Part shown: positions 31,901 to 43,522 of the stretch, in pieces | How positions within the stretch are numbered: position 1 is the stretch's first letter | How the letters are laid out: each line of letters starts with the position of its first letter | DNA from: Macrostomum lignano | Lineage: Eukaryota | Direction of reading: 5' to 3' | DNA length: 64,000 nucleotides | Assembly: GCA_002269645.1 (NCBI GenBank) | Contig: NIVC01001981.1 | Span: forward strand, 124,001-188,000 | Position numbers and translations under genes: made by a program | Notes under the pieces: generated by a model | Seen by the model: only the letters and a program-made list of their open reading frames with translations | Database searches by the model: none | What the model was told of the DNA's origin: nothing

Positions 31901-32491
31901 ACGAACCAATATCTAACAGGTCACGAAACCAATATCCAACAGGTTACGAAACCAACATCTAACAGGTCACGAACCAATATCTAACAGGTCACGAAACCAA
32001 TATCTAATAGGTAACACGCCAATCGTCAAGCAGATTACACACTTTTCTAACAAGTTATTATCTAGCTTGATACTTGCATAATGGTTAAAAGTTTGTCTAA
32101 CAGTTCTCATACTAAACAGAGACGACACCGCAACTGTTCCAGATCTTGATCTCACCTTAGTAAACAGCTCCCGTTTTAAATCGCGGTTTTTTTCCCTGTG
32201 CGCACGTTGAACATAGTAAGCGGCCAGTGAATCGTAACAGCGCATTTGATCTTCTTCAACATCAGCATAGTCTGTGCTAGCCTCAGTGCGAGCTGCATCA
32301 AGGATGGTCTCAAACTGGGCATACTCGGCTTTCTTATAATACTCCAGTGCTAGGTTAACCCACACATTGAGTGCCGCAGTTTCCTGGCGTAGGATGGTGA
32401 GCACTTCCTCAGCTGAAGGCAGCTGATCTACATCAAGTTCAATCACTTCATCTGTGTCCTTCAGTGGAATCTCGATTGTTTTTGAGGCCAT
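22963..32491 (-). CDS. CTR9: RNA polymerase-associated protein CTR9 (PAF1 complex, TPR repeats), 9 coding exons: 32491-32156, 30971-30735, 30265-29898, 29072-28586, 28156-27908, 27566-27225, 26439-26122, 25057-24252, 23464-22963; about 1214 aa
   Basis: [73 protein letters not shown] and [16 protein letters not shown] are CTR9 hallmarks. All eight introns are GT-AG and the phases join (3645 nt total). The C-terminal tail is acidic/basic. Confidence 0.97.
23620..23780. repeat. CT-rich low-complexity tract, CTR9 intron 8
   Basis: Direct. Confidence 0.8.
23835..24035 (+). mobile_element. Degenerate tRNA-derived (SINE-like) sequence, CTR9 intron 8
   Basis: A-box-like TGGTTCAGACGGTTA (about 23843) and B-box GGTTCGATTCCC (about 24015), too far apart and not foldable as a tRNA. 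Confidence 0.35.
25275..26035. repeat. 21-22-bp GC-rich minisatellite (CCCTGTCTCTCGGGTGAGCGC), CTR9 intron 7
   Basis: Direct periodicity, about 34 units. Confidence 0.95.
26540..27040. repeat. 20-bp minisatellite (TAACTGAATCTAGTTCACTC), CTR9 intron 6
   Basis: Direct periodicity, about 24 units. Confidence 0.96.
28250..28550. repeat. About 41-bp minisatellite (GGGTGGCAACCAAGCAACCCAAAACACCTGAGGAGCTGACA) with shorter variants, CTR9 intron 4
   Basis: Direct periodicity. Confidence 0.93.
29236..29883. repeat. 38-39-bp minisatellite (CCCCAAAATGAGGATCATTAACTGAGCATCGATTTTATC), CTR9 intron 3
   Basis: Direct periodicity, about 17 units, ending about 14 nt from the splice donor. Confidence 0.96.
30325..30670. 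repeat. Degenerate ATCAATCTATCAACCTGTGAGTCT-type array, CTR9 intron 2
   Basis: Recurrent motif with a 60-bp higher-order duplication. Confidence 0.8.
31270..32005. repeat. Two abutting arrays sharing the core TATCTAACAGG (20-22-bp GACACACTCC type, then 22-23-bp TCACGAAACCAA type), CTR9 intron 1
   Basis: Direct periodicity; the unit switches at about 31680. Confidence 0.94.
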
Positions 32492-33722
32492 GATGGAATT
32501 GGCACTGCAAGAAAATTCAATTCAATTATGAGACATTTCTTTCCTGATTTGCAACTGATTAGAAAAACTGAATTTATTCAACTTGATTTGTTAGTTTGTA
32601 AAATTAGCTCAGATAGCAAATGCAGCCTTATGTCAGTAGCTTATCTTATTATAAAATGGAAAGGCTCGAATTTACACTTGCTATGAAATCATATTGAGGA
32701 TAAATAAGGCATAACAACACAATGACATAGCATGCATAACATGGCATTCAAAGCAGGTGCATACATTCATTAAGATAGGCAAAATAATTGAAAAAAGACA
32801 CACACATGCAAGTCGCTATTGGCTGAGAGCAGTCACGCGACTACTATTCTGTTCAATAGCAACTTACATGGGTGTGTTGCCAATAGAAATGGCCAGGTAA
32901 ATCCCTAGGTTGCACCCAAGCATGGAATCAAGGGTAAGGCTAAGTGAGTAGCACAACCTTTTGATTTATAAACTTCAAGGCCCTGGCCTAACTATATAAA
33001 TAAATGAGGATACAATTGTATTAAATAAGAATTATAATGACTAAAATAACTAATTTTTATACTATTAGTGCATTAGACTTATCCAATAAGCTTAACTTTG
33101 ATTTACTATATTAAGATAAAACCAGCAAATATTTTATATAGAGCTACCTCTTATCTGGATATTTATCTCAAAATCTAATTGCCTAATGTATTAGACTTAG
33201 TAGGGATATTGATTAGCAAAGTCTAAGAAATTGTAAATTAAATTTAATAGAAATTGTAATGCTTAAACTATTATCAAACAAAGATAATTTTTGTAAGTTT
33301 CTAGTTAGCTATTAACTAAGAAGTTATGTCGTCAATATTTACCACTTTGTTTTAGCAATAAAGTCTTAATAGAAGAAAAAAATTTATACTAGTATATTAA
33401 ACCTATATAAATATTTATTATAATAACCATAAAACCAAGTGTTTTCATAAAAAGCTTTTATAGTTATAACAAAAGTTGTTATATATCTTATCTTCACTGA
33501 TAAAAATAGAAAACAAGTTGATTAGAATATTGAACAGGTCCCTACTATCCTTTTTACTATTTTTACTTATTTTCTTATTTCACTTAATAGACAAAGTAGC
33601 AATAGACAAAACAACTATACTTATAGATAAATTGAATTAATTTTTTATCTTAAATTAGGATGAAACTTTTAGAGAGAATTTTGTAAATTAAAAATTTTTT
33701 TTTTAAATATTCTTATTATAGG

Positions 33723-34394
33723 CCCTATTGGAATAAGTTTTAAAAACCCGCGGACGCGCAACATGGATGCCAAAATTGTGCCCTCAAAAGCGCGACGCGA
33801 CACCAAATTTTGTTGACTGTGGGGCGGCAACGCGCAACACAACACCGATGTCTGTTGACTGAATGACCGGGGGGGGGGGAGGTCGCCACAGCAGCCACGT
33901 TGCAATTGACAATTCCCGTTCTGCTGTTCACTCCCGACACTGAAAACATGGGGCGAGGGACGAGAGTATTCCTTTCAATTTCGCAGAAAAAGAAAAGAAA
34001 TTTAAAAACAATAAACAGTAAAATAACAAAGGTACAACACTTAGAAAAACAGCGCACGCATTGTAACTAACAAGTAACATTTCTAAAAATTATATTTGAA
34101 GTATTAGTTACTTTACTGTCAAAATAAAAAAGAACAATTCAAGAACTTGTTATTATCAAACATGTTTGAAACATTTAAATACTGAGAAACAACCGTGAAC
34201 ATATTACAATGAAACACAGTTTGCAAGGTTTTGGCTACAGGTCCAGGCCGCAACGCGACACATGACGACACCAGGTTTCCAGTGTCGCGCGACGCAACAC
34301 ACCACTTGACACCACTGTCGCGCGACGCAACACCAGGAGAATCCGAAAATGCGACGGACAGTCGTCCGCGTTTTGTCAACTTATTCCAATAGGG
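33723..34394. mobile_element. MITE (672 bp), TIR CCCTATTGGAATAAGTT (imperfect extension to about 34 bp), 8-bp TSD ATTATAGG
   Basis: ATTATAGG at 33715-33722 and 34395-34402; subterminal GCGACGC(A/G)ACAC motifs; GC-rich island in an AT-rich context. Confidence 0.9.
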
Positions 34395-35621
34395 ATTATA
34401 GGCTTATTGATAGTACTGCAATCAAAATATAACAATGGCAGACAAAATGTTTTCTTGACTTTGGCTAGGAAGGATTTTAATTTCTAATGAGATTTTGAAA
34501 GTTATTGTTCTTTCTATTAAATAAATCTTATTTGATTATAAGAAACCATAAAAATGTCTTCTTTTTGAAAATTAGTTAAGTAATAAAGTTACAAAACTTT
34601 TTGTATCTTAAGTTTTAATATTGTTATAATGTATTTTGACTTATTATTAGGCACTATAATGATATATAATAATTTTTTGCTTAAAAATTTTATCATTTAC
34701 TAATTTTTAGCCAATAATACAACCAGTATCAAGATTTTGTACTGGTATAGGCCTATACTAAAAGAAAATTAGCTTCCATAGTAGTAGTACACAGATTTTT
34801 TTATTTTTGCAAAAAGATAGTGAATTAGTGCATTGATGAAAATTTAGCTAAGCCTATTCTATCTATGAATGTGGAGACTATACTAAACTTTAACTTGGTC
34901 ATTTTTATATACCAACTATATTCCTTGGTTAGGACTTAGAACAATTAGTCCCACCTACTATCTTGGCAATCTTTGTATGCCAAGCTTGTATACCAAAGGA
35001 AATACCAATTTGTATACAAATAAAGTATATGCTAGATCCCACCTATACATAGGAATTTGCTAGCATTATATATAGCCCTTTAGAGTCTAATCAGTCTAAA
35101 AATATAAGATATATAAGAATTTTTTGTTATATGATCCCTTTGCATTTAGCCTATGTATTGCCATTGATTTGTTATGCAATCCCCTATATTGCACTGTTTC
35201 ATTATATGATTTCCTTTAAGAAAGTCAAGGCAATATCAGTTTTCACTTTGTTATACCTATACCATTATGAAAAACAGATACTACATTCAATATATTTGTA
35301 CATTTTAATAAGAAGCCACACTAAATTAACTTATAATACAATCCCTCAAATGGTGAATTTGCTTATATTTGTTTTGGGAGGTTGATTAATGAAAATAAGG
35401 GGTGTTTCTGTTGAAATCATTTCAATAGCAATTTTATACTAGGCCTATGTTCTATGTAGATTGTATTATAAAAGGCTATAACAAATACTTATTTCCAACA
35501 ATTATAACAAGTTTGTTTTTCTGCATGTTTTTATGCGGAATATAAACTATATATACCCCTCCCTTATTTTTTATCTAATCCCTCAATACCATAGGCCTAG
35601 CCTGGCTGGATCATGTAGAGG

Positions 35622-36045
35622 TAGAGGTCAGATGGGATTGAAATCTTTGGGTGGGATCGGGATTGGGAATAATTTTTTTCTTGAGATCGGGATTGAGATT
35701 GGGATTTAGGAATTGGGATCAAGTTTTTTAGTGCATTGTAGCTTGTAGGTCCATATAAAGTTAAACAAAATTGAGCTAAAAATGTCAAGATCAAAAAGTA
35801 GAATACAACAAAATTGATGCAAAGTTTTATAACCAACAAATTAATAATATAAGTAGGCCCTATAAGGTAAAACAAAATACATTCAAATAATCACTAATTC
35901 TATAAATTTTAATCAAAAGACCTGTTCCCAATTCTTGTGTTTTTTAGGGTCAAGATTCTAGTCCCGTGGCTGTGGTGGTCTTGGTGTGTGGCGGTCTTAG
36001 TCATGCGCCGAATCCAATTTTCCTCGGGATCCTGTCCGACCTCTA
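35622..36045. mobile_element. Second, older, inverted copy of the TAGAGGTCGGAC hAT MITE (10132-10516)
   Basis: Reverse-complement similarity throughout; both TIRs present; TSD not recognisable. Confidence 0.85.
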
Positions 36046-38024
36046 GAGTATAGGATCATGCTGGGTGCACACTGCACACCAATTACCATGTATAAAAATT
36101 GAAGTTACAAATGCATACCAAAAATTTAAGTGCACACCCATATTCTCAAATCTAGGCCAGTGTTTCAACTATAAATGACCTTTTTTGCGTTGTGTAAAGC
36201 ATCCTTTTTGGGCTGATAATTTGGTTGATTAGGCCTATTTATCTTTCTTGCCTAGTATACTATTTACCGTGGAAAATTAGGGGGCCTAATATACACAAAA
36301 ATGTTTAAATGTTTTATTATGAGCTTAAAAACAGGAAAGCTTGAAATTTATGTTTAAAAATGAAGTTTTTAATCTTTTTTTAACTTAGCACTAACTTTTC
36401 TGCATGATTCTATGAAGTGCATACTAGTCCGGGCCTAGCCTAGGTATGCTGCGCTGCGACGCTGCGTGCATGCATACTATTTTCTTAGGAGTCAGACACA
36501 CCAAATGTGCATGCCTAACTTTTGCCTAACAATTTATTCTATCCAGTGATAACGAAATTATTAATTAATACTGTTTCCAACGTCTGTCGATTTGACGATT
36601 TATCACTCATCTGCCGTTGTTTTTTTTTAACTCGCGCTTGCGCTCAATACTACAATAAATCGAACTAAAAACCAATTTGAATTATATTTATTTCTGAAAT
36701 AGATAAACAAAAGTTTATAACGCAGTAAGGAAACAAAAACAACAAGATTGATGTAATAGACATTGTTTAAAATATCCACTATGCAACAAAAAAGTTAAAT
36801 CAAAACTCTGCGATCAATGACTACTGCAGTGTTGCTGACGCTGTATGCAAGGCCCCATCGGTGCTTGTCGAGGTGTCTCTGCTGCATGGCTGGTTCAAGT
36901 TTTTGCTGTTGAGATAGAAGTTAAAATACTTTAAGCTAAAATTTTCGTTGGATTACTATACTGATTACAAATTTAATCTTCAGCATTTAGCAACTCGATC
37001 AGATAAATTTGTGAATCCTCGGAACTGCAATTACGCCATAAGACTAGTGGACTTTATAAAAATTAGCTCGTAATGAGCTAGCAGTAGCTCGTATATACGT
37101 CGTAGTTTAAAATTACGCGTAATTCCATTTGGGATGGGAATGAGAAATGTGTGAATGGGAATGGAAAATGGGAAATATTATACATTTAAACTTATACAAT
37201 TACAATATTTTAATTGACTGTTTACTCCCATATTCGAAAATGTGATAGGGGTGAGCTTCCCTCTATTAATATCTCACTAATTAGCCACCAAAGTTGTAAC
37301 AGGCGTGATTGCTCTCACTGAAATTATCCCACCACTGACACCAAAGTCTTTATAAAATAATCTCGTGCAATGCCACCAGCTGTTACAGGGCTAATTCTAC
37401 ATAATTTAATTAATGTATTTTTACACGAATGTACGTGTACTTATACCTTTTGGTAGCGTGACTACTCCTCTATCTACTTCTATATGGTAGCGTCTACTTC
37501 TTATTGGTAGCGTCTGTACAAGTACTGTACTCTTTGGCCTGAGCGGTCTAATGGCACTGTATACTCTATTACTCCTATAAGTTTTCTCTCAGTCCTGGGC
37601 GTTCCCTAGATCAGAGGGTCACAGCCTTATGCGTTTTCCCTGCCCTGAGGCGCTTTTCCTGCCCCGAGGCGATCTTACTACTACTCTATATAGTGCTTTC
37701 CTGCCCTGAGCTAGGCAATTCTCGCTTTTAGCGGTTTCTGATGATACTCCCAACAAGGGGCTTAATACTATAGAAATGAATAAGCCAAGTAAGAATGCTT
37801 AGGATTTTTATTGAGCGGACTAATTGTCACGATCTTAGTTGAGCAAGCGAGCGGTTGCTTTTCCTGGCCCATTCTGGGCTCCTATTTATACCAATCAGAC
37901 AATATTGTATTATAATAACAAACTTTTTAATTTTGTAGAATATTATTCGAGTGCACAACAACACTTAAACAAAATTATTACTATTTGGCGGACGTTTGAA
38001 AGTATTTTCTAAGAAAGAAAGTCG

Positions 38025-38670
38025 TGTGACGAATAAGGCGAATAAGACGGATTTGTGTTGCGGTTAATTTAGATAGTTCACGATTAGTTAGCAGATCGGC
38101 AAGCCGCTTTAACCCTTAGACTTTTGCTAGTGCTACTTAAAATTGCTGGATCACTTAATTAACTAATTGGTGTGCCAAGGTAGACGGCGGAAGAGTTGGT
38201 GTAAGGAGGCCAGACAGCGTCACAGCTAACTAGCGAGCCTAGGTCGAGAAGCGAAGCAAGGGGAAGAACGATCAAGCGGCCACTGACTGTAGTGTAAGCA
38301 TATATTTAAAGGTAAACAGATAACAACAACACTCTTAATCCAAAACCCAGGCAAACAACCCCCCACGCGGCGCGCAATGTACATGTACAAATTAATCGAT
38401 AAATATATCATGCAAGAATAACATACGTCAGTACATGTACATAAGTAGAACTACTTTACGACAAATAATAACGATATGAATGAAATACAAATAGTAGAAT
38501 AAGTACATACGAGGCTACAAAAACAAAGCAATTAACAGTAAAAATAGCGCGATAATTATACGTACGAATATTGTTAAAATAAATGAAAGAATACAGTAGT
38601 CAGTAGTAGTACGGTATGCATATGAAAATAAAGAAATACGATACACGCTTCTACGAATCACACTGTCACA
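38025..38670. mobile_element. Solo LTR (646 bp), probably Ty3/Gypsy
   Basis: TGTGAC...GTCACA termini, 4-bp TSD GTCG (38021-24, 38671-74), TATA-like TATATTTAAA (about 38301) and AATAAA about 50 nt before the 3' end on the + strand. Confidence 0.78.
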
Positions 38671-38904
38671 GTCGTACACGTAGCAAAAAAATCTATATTA
38701 TAAAGGCTAGATATACTACACTGTTTCAATTATAGCCACTAATACATGTAAAAACGCACCAAAAAGCAAGGCTTTCAATTATTCATTAAGACTCATTATT
38801 TGTTTCAATTAGTTTTCATTTTTTTATTTAAAATTTCAATGGATGAGCTGTGGCTTAATTAAAGCTAGCTATTAAGCTAAACAGTAATTAACAGTCCCTA
38901 AAGT

Positions 38905-41136
38905 TTAAGTGATAATTTTTGGCAGCCAAGCTTCAAATTCGATGTCTCGGAAAGTTATGCTGCGGTTGGTTCTCCACGAAGACACGTCAAAGTATTTCAC
39001 GTATTCATAGCTGCAGTAGGGGTAACTCAATCGCAAGTAGTTCTCAGTGCTGTTCTCCGTACTGTCTGCATCAGTTATGCAATAGCCTTCATTAGGAAAT
39101 GTGATTTTTATGTCCTCAACGTCCTTTGAGCAGCAGTCTTTCTTTCTGATAAAAGTGATGGAGCCAAAGTGCTCCGGCTTTCCAAGAAAATACCGCACCG
39201 AAACCCCGGCTGGAATGGTGGCGAACGTTTCTGGGTTTGAGTCGGTGGTCTGTCGGCAGATGTCGCTTCCAGGTCCTTTTTCTGGACAGGTCAGCTTGGC
39301 CTTGCCTGACATTTATTGGAAGAGCAGCTCAATGTAATGAACAGATGTTAAAACTGGAGTACAGCCCTCCTGCGAATATGTATTTTAATTATGTACAGGG
39401 GCGTCGCCATGAATTTTATGGTGGGGGGGGGACAAAGCCAAGAATTTTACATGTACATAACTAAATTCCTACATGTACATTATTTGGAGAATCGGTGTTG
39501 TCAGCGCTCATTTTGGCACCGCAGGAACTCATTTTGGCGCCGCAGGCACTCATTTTGGCGCCGCAGACACTCATCTTGGCGCCGCAGGCACTCATTTTGG
39601 CGCCGCAGGCACTCATCTTGGCGCCGCAGGCACTCATCTTGGCGCCGCAGGGGCTATACGAGTATTTTGGCGCTCTGAAACAAAATTATTGATTTCCATA
39701 ACGGGTCACAAGGTGGGGGGACAAAAAGCATTCGGCATGTCCCCCATAGGTTTTACTGCATGGGGGGGATATGTCCCCCCTGTCCCCCCCTTCTAGGTGC
39801 ATGGCGACGCCCCTGTTTATGTATTTTTAACAGAATGGCAGATTCAACAATAAATATTGTGCGCAAACATTTCTACTTTTTTCAAAGAATTGAGGAGATA
39901 AAATAAAGCGATCGACTGCCGAAAGTTTTTCACTCGGAACATTAGTTGATCAGTTCAATCAGAGTTGACTCACGAGCGCAGAACAGACCGTTCACGGCGC
40001 GAGAACCGGTCTCACACAGGTCGCACTGTGTCATGCCGGTCTGAAGAGCGAGAGCAAAGTTCAAGTCGCACTTTTTGCAATCTTTCGCTCCCACGGAGTC
40101 CGAATAAGTTCCTGGCGGGCACTCGCTGCATTTCTCCTTTCCGACACCCTTGGTCGAATTGATGAAATCGCCGGGAGGGCAATTTGGTGGCTGAGCTCTG
40201 TAGAGATCGCTGGTAGAGCTGGAGGCGACGAAGTTATCAATTAACAAGACATTTCTTTATTTTAACACTGATTGACAAGATGCTATATCTTGACCCTATT
40301 ATGCTATAGGCTGCCGCATCAATAAATGCAATTTTTATACTACACACTCACAGCTTCAAAGCTTCAAATTCGATGTCTCGGAAAGTTATGCTGCGGTTGG
40401 TTCTCCACGAAGACACGTCAAAATATTTCATTTCTTCATAGCCGCAGTAGGGGTAACTCAATCGCAAGTAGTTCTCAGTGCTGTTCTCCGTACTCTCTGC
40501 ATCAGTTATGCAATAGCCTTCATTAGGAAATGTGATTTTTATGTCCTCAACGTCCTTTGAGCAGCAGTCTTTCTTTCTGATAAAAGTGATGGAGCCAAAG
40601 TGCTCCGGCTTTCCAAGAAAATACCGCACCGAAACCCCGGCTGGAATGGTGGCGAACGTTTCTGGGTTTGAGTCGGTGGTCTGTCGGCAGATGTCGCTTC
40701 CAGGTCCTTTTTCTGGACAGGTCAGCTTGGCCTTGCCTGACATTTATTGGAAGAGCAGCTCAATGTAATGAACAGATGTTAAAACTGGACCAGATGTTGC
40801 TTTGATTGGTCAATTATAAAGGAGTCAACCCAAACAAAACTGACTTACGAGAGCAGAAGATGCCGTCTACGGGTCGAGAGCCGGCATCACACAGGTCGCA
40901 TTCTGTCATGCCGTCTCAACCGCGAGAGCAAAATTCAAGTCGCACTTTTTGCACTCTCTCGCTCCCACAGAGTCCGAATAAGTTCCTGGCGGGCATTCGC
41001 TGCATTTCTCCTTGCCAACCTTTTTGCTGGAGTTGATGAAGCTGCCAGGTTCGCAATTTGGTGGCTCAGCTCTGCTGGGAAGTCTGCCGCAGCTGGCGGC
41101 AGCAAAGATTGCGAATAGACAAAGTAAAGCTTGCAT
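38905..41136 (-). CDS. Secreted Cys-rich protein with two tandem modules [TNFR/GCC2-3-like Cys-rich + about 130-aa unassigned domain]; exons 41136-40849, 40736-40352, 40218 (or 40197)-39974, 39305-38905; about 439 aa; 1-nt frameshift near 40915
   Basis: Signal peptide MQALLCLFAIFAAASCG; KEKCSECPPGTYSDSVGA..CKKC in exons 1 and 3; canonical GT-AG sites with compatible phases (1,2,1). Exon 1 GAGAC-GGCATG versus exon 3 CAGACCGGCATG shows a single-base loss (pseudogene or assembly error). Confidence 0.75.
39396..39815. mobile_element. hAT MITE (420 bp), perfect 16-bp TIR CAGGGGCGTCGCCATG, TSD (A/T)TTATGTA, with about 7 internal 21-bp units; lies in intron 3 of the Cys-rich gene
   Basis: TIRs and 7/8 TSD read directly; same family as 51662-53188. 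Confidence 0.92.
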
Positions 41137-42063
41137 TCTCAGCACAAAAGTATGAGCAAATTATGGCACGGCTCGATTGCAAAAGAACTGAAAATGTCTG
41201 AAATAGATCTAAATTTGCTATTTTTCCTCTGCGTGCTATGGGTAAAGTTTTTTACCTCTGCATGCATGCCTCTAATTTCTGCGGGAAAGATATTTCTGAG
41301 TTAACTCAATCAGCAGGAATGCCAGACCATTTTCCTCCCGGTGGCACAACCAAAATAGGGAGAACATAATCTGGATAATTCCCCAAATTCCGAGCCGAAA
41401 AAAAAAACAAGTTACCAGACCTCTAAACCGACCAGATATTCAACGATAATGCCAAGTCGGATTTTCTCATAAGTGCTTCCCACAAGGGCTTTTACGAGCA
41501 GCACCAGGGTCGCGGACCTCCCGATTACGGCAGCTTGAAACTTGACAAACTTGGAACTTTGAGACTGGGAGATGTCAATTTAGGCACGCGAAGGTGTATT
41601 CAGCAGGCCTGTGAAGTATGAGACAGACTAGGCCTATGGGCTACGGTCTGCAATGCCTCACGCCTGCCCCCATCTTCAGCAGGTTAAGGCTGGTGGGAGG
41701 TCTGTACCCTCTATTTGCCGCTGGCAGCCGCAGACCCCCCCCCACGCTGTCTCGCAAGTCGACCCAGGGTACTCGTCCCCGCGTGTGTTCAAGGCAGACC
41801 CTAGGGCTGCTGGACAGACTGGGCTCCGACGCTGGCGACCCATCCAGTGGCTTCGGCCGAACTTGGGTATGCGGGTCTGGCTCGCCAGCCTACAGGCCGT
41901 GGTACTGCTTAACGTACCCCCTAATGCCTAAGGTGTTTGACCGTGCCAATGGGCTGGAAGACCGGGGGGGGGGGTAGTCCGGTCGCTAGCGGTCCTTTTT
42001 CTTTTTCTTTTTCTTTTTCCTCCTTTCTTTTGTGACTCAGCTCACTCCTTCCCGCTTTCAGCT

Positions 42064-43522
42064 ATGGCATCCTCCGCCTCTAATCCTCCCGCTGAAGCCG
42101 GGACCAGGGCAACTTCGGCCGGTAAATCTGGCGCCAGCGTCGCCCCACCGGGGGTAGATGGGCTCGCCGCCGGCTCGTCCGGTGACATGCCCGCATGCGC
42201 ACCCGGGCCCTCCGCGGAGGCCCGACGTGCCCGCAACCAACGCCGCAACGAGCGGCGACGGCGACTACTGGATACTGTGGGCCGGCCACCGGCGGAGGGG
42301 GGAACCTAGGGAGGGCGAGGCTGCTGTTGGGCCGAAAGAAACCAGAGCAACCCCTGACCCTCAGGATACAACCCCCGCTGGTGAGCCACCCAGTAAACCT
42401 GCTACCAGCGCGGCCGGGCCTTCGGGGACCGCCGCCACCAACTACGCCTCAAAGGTCAAGCTCCAACCGGTGGTCATCGTCTTCGGGGAAGAGCACGACC
42501 TCACGGCCGATGAGCTCGACAGTGCCTGGCGCACCATTGATGCTGCGCTCATTGACCAGCTCCTGGCAGGCCGCCCTGTGAGCGTGGTCAAATCTGCCAA
42601 AACCGACGGCTGCATCTTCATCTGGTGCAACTCGAAGGAGAGTCTACGCGAGCTTCTGCCAAAGTTGAACTGGCCCAAGAAGCTCGGCAAGCTCGTCTTT
42701 GCCAGTGAGGGCGAGCGACAAAAGACCCAGCGCTTTCGCGTCTGGATCCCGGCCGGCAGTGCCATTAAGTCCGGAGATCAGCTTAGGCAGATCCTGCTAA
42801 AGCTGCACCCTGACCTCGAGGTCAACGGGCTCCTGCACCACGCCACTTCCCGCAAGGAGAAGGGGGCCACGGTGATCCTAGGGCTCTCTGACGCCTGGGC
42901 TAAGCGCTTGCCGCCTAAGTCCACAATCCACCTTGGTCTGACTCAGCTGACCATCCTCCGCTGCGAGGAGGGGAAAGCTGACGAAGCCAAGCATGCTGAG
43001 GCTTCCGAAACCGGAACTGGGGCCCAGGCTCCTCCGGCAAGAGAAGCTGAGGCAAACGGCTGACTTCAGCCCGGTAAAGCATCCGCGCTGCTGAAACCGG
43101 CAATCGCGACCAGCAGACCTGCTAGGAGCACCCGGAGGTCCGGTCTGATCCAGCGCGCGCTGGACCAGGCCAAGAGCCTCCGGGCGTATCGTGAGCAGGC
43201 CCGCTCTTCTCGCGCTCCACCCCAACAGCCAGAAGGCCCGGCCGTTGGTGGGGAGGCGCCGACCGACTGGTTCGAGTCTTCGACTCACCAGGAGGCTGGT
43301 GCCACCCGCATCGACCTGACCGACGAGGCGGAGGGGACGGGCAGTAACAGCACCGAAGCACGCAGGGGAGGCGACGGTAACGTCCACGCTGGGCTCATGC
43401 CCGCGGAGGACTCCGCAGCCACCCTAACTGCCGAGGACGCTGAAAACTCCCATGGAGGTCTGTGGGCTAACCACCCTGAAAAGGAGGAGGATAACCTGCT
43501 CAACGATTCCCCAACTGCATGA
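42064..43522 (+). pseudogene. LINE ORF1 (about 486 aa reconstructed; DUF4780-like core, no CCHC knuckle seen); frameshift in the G6 run at about 42300 and premature TGA at 43061
   Basis: ATG at 42064; the frame of ORF 42158-43063 stays open from 43064 to TGA 43520-22. Core QRFRVWIP...LRQILLKLHPDL...GATVILG...IHLGLTQLTI resembles LOA ORF1 from memory only. Confidence 0.7.

Noticed and set aside
41584-41990. HDV-like ribozyme in the LINE 5' UTR (known for some LINE clades)
   Set aside because: CGTCCCCGCG near 41775 resembles an L3 loop, but I could not build P1, P1.1 and P2 by eye; it needs an RNArobo or Infernal search.
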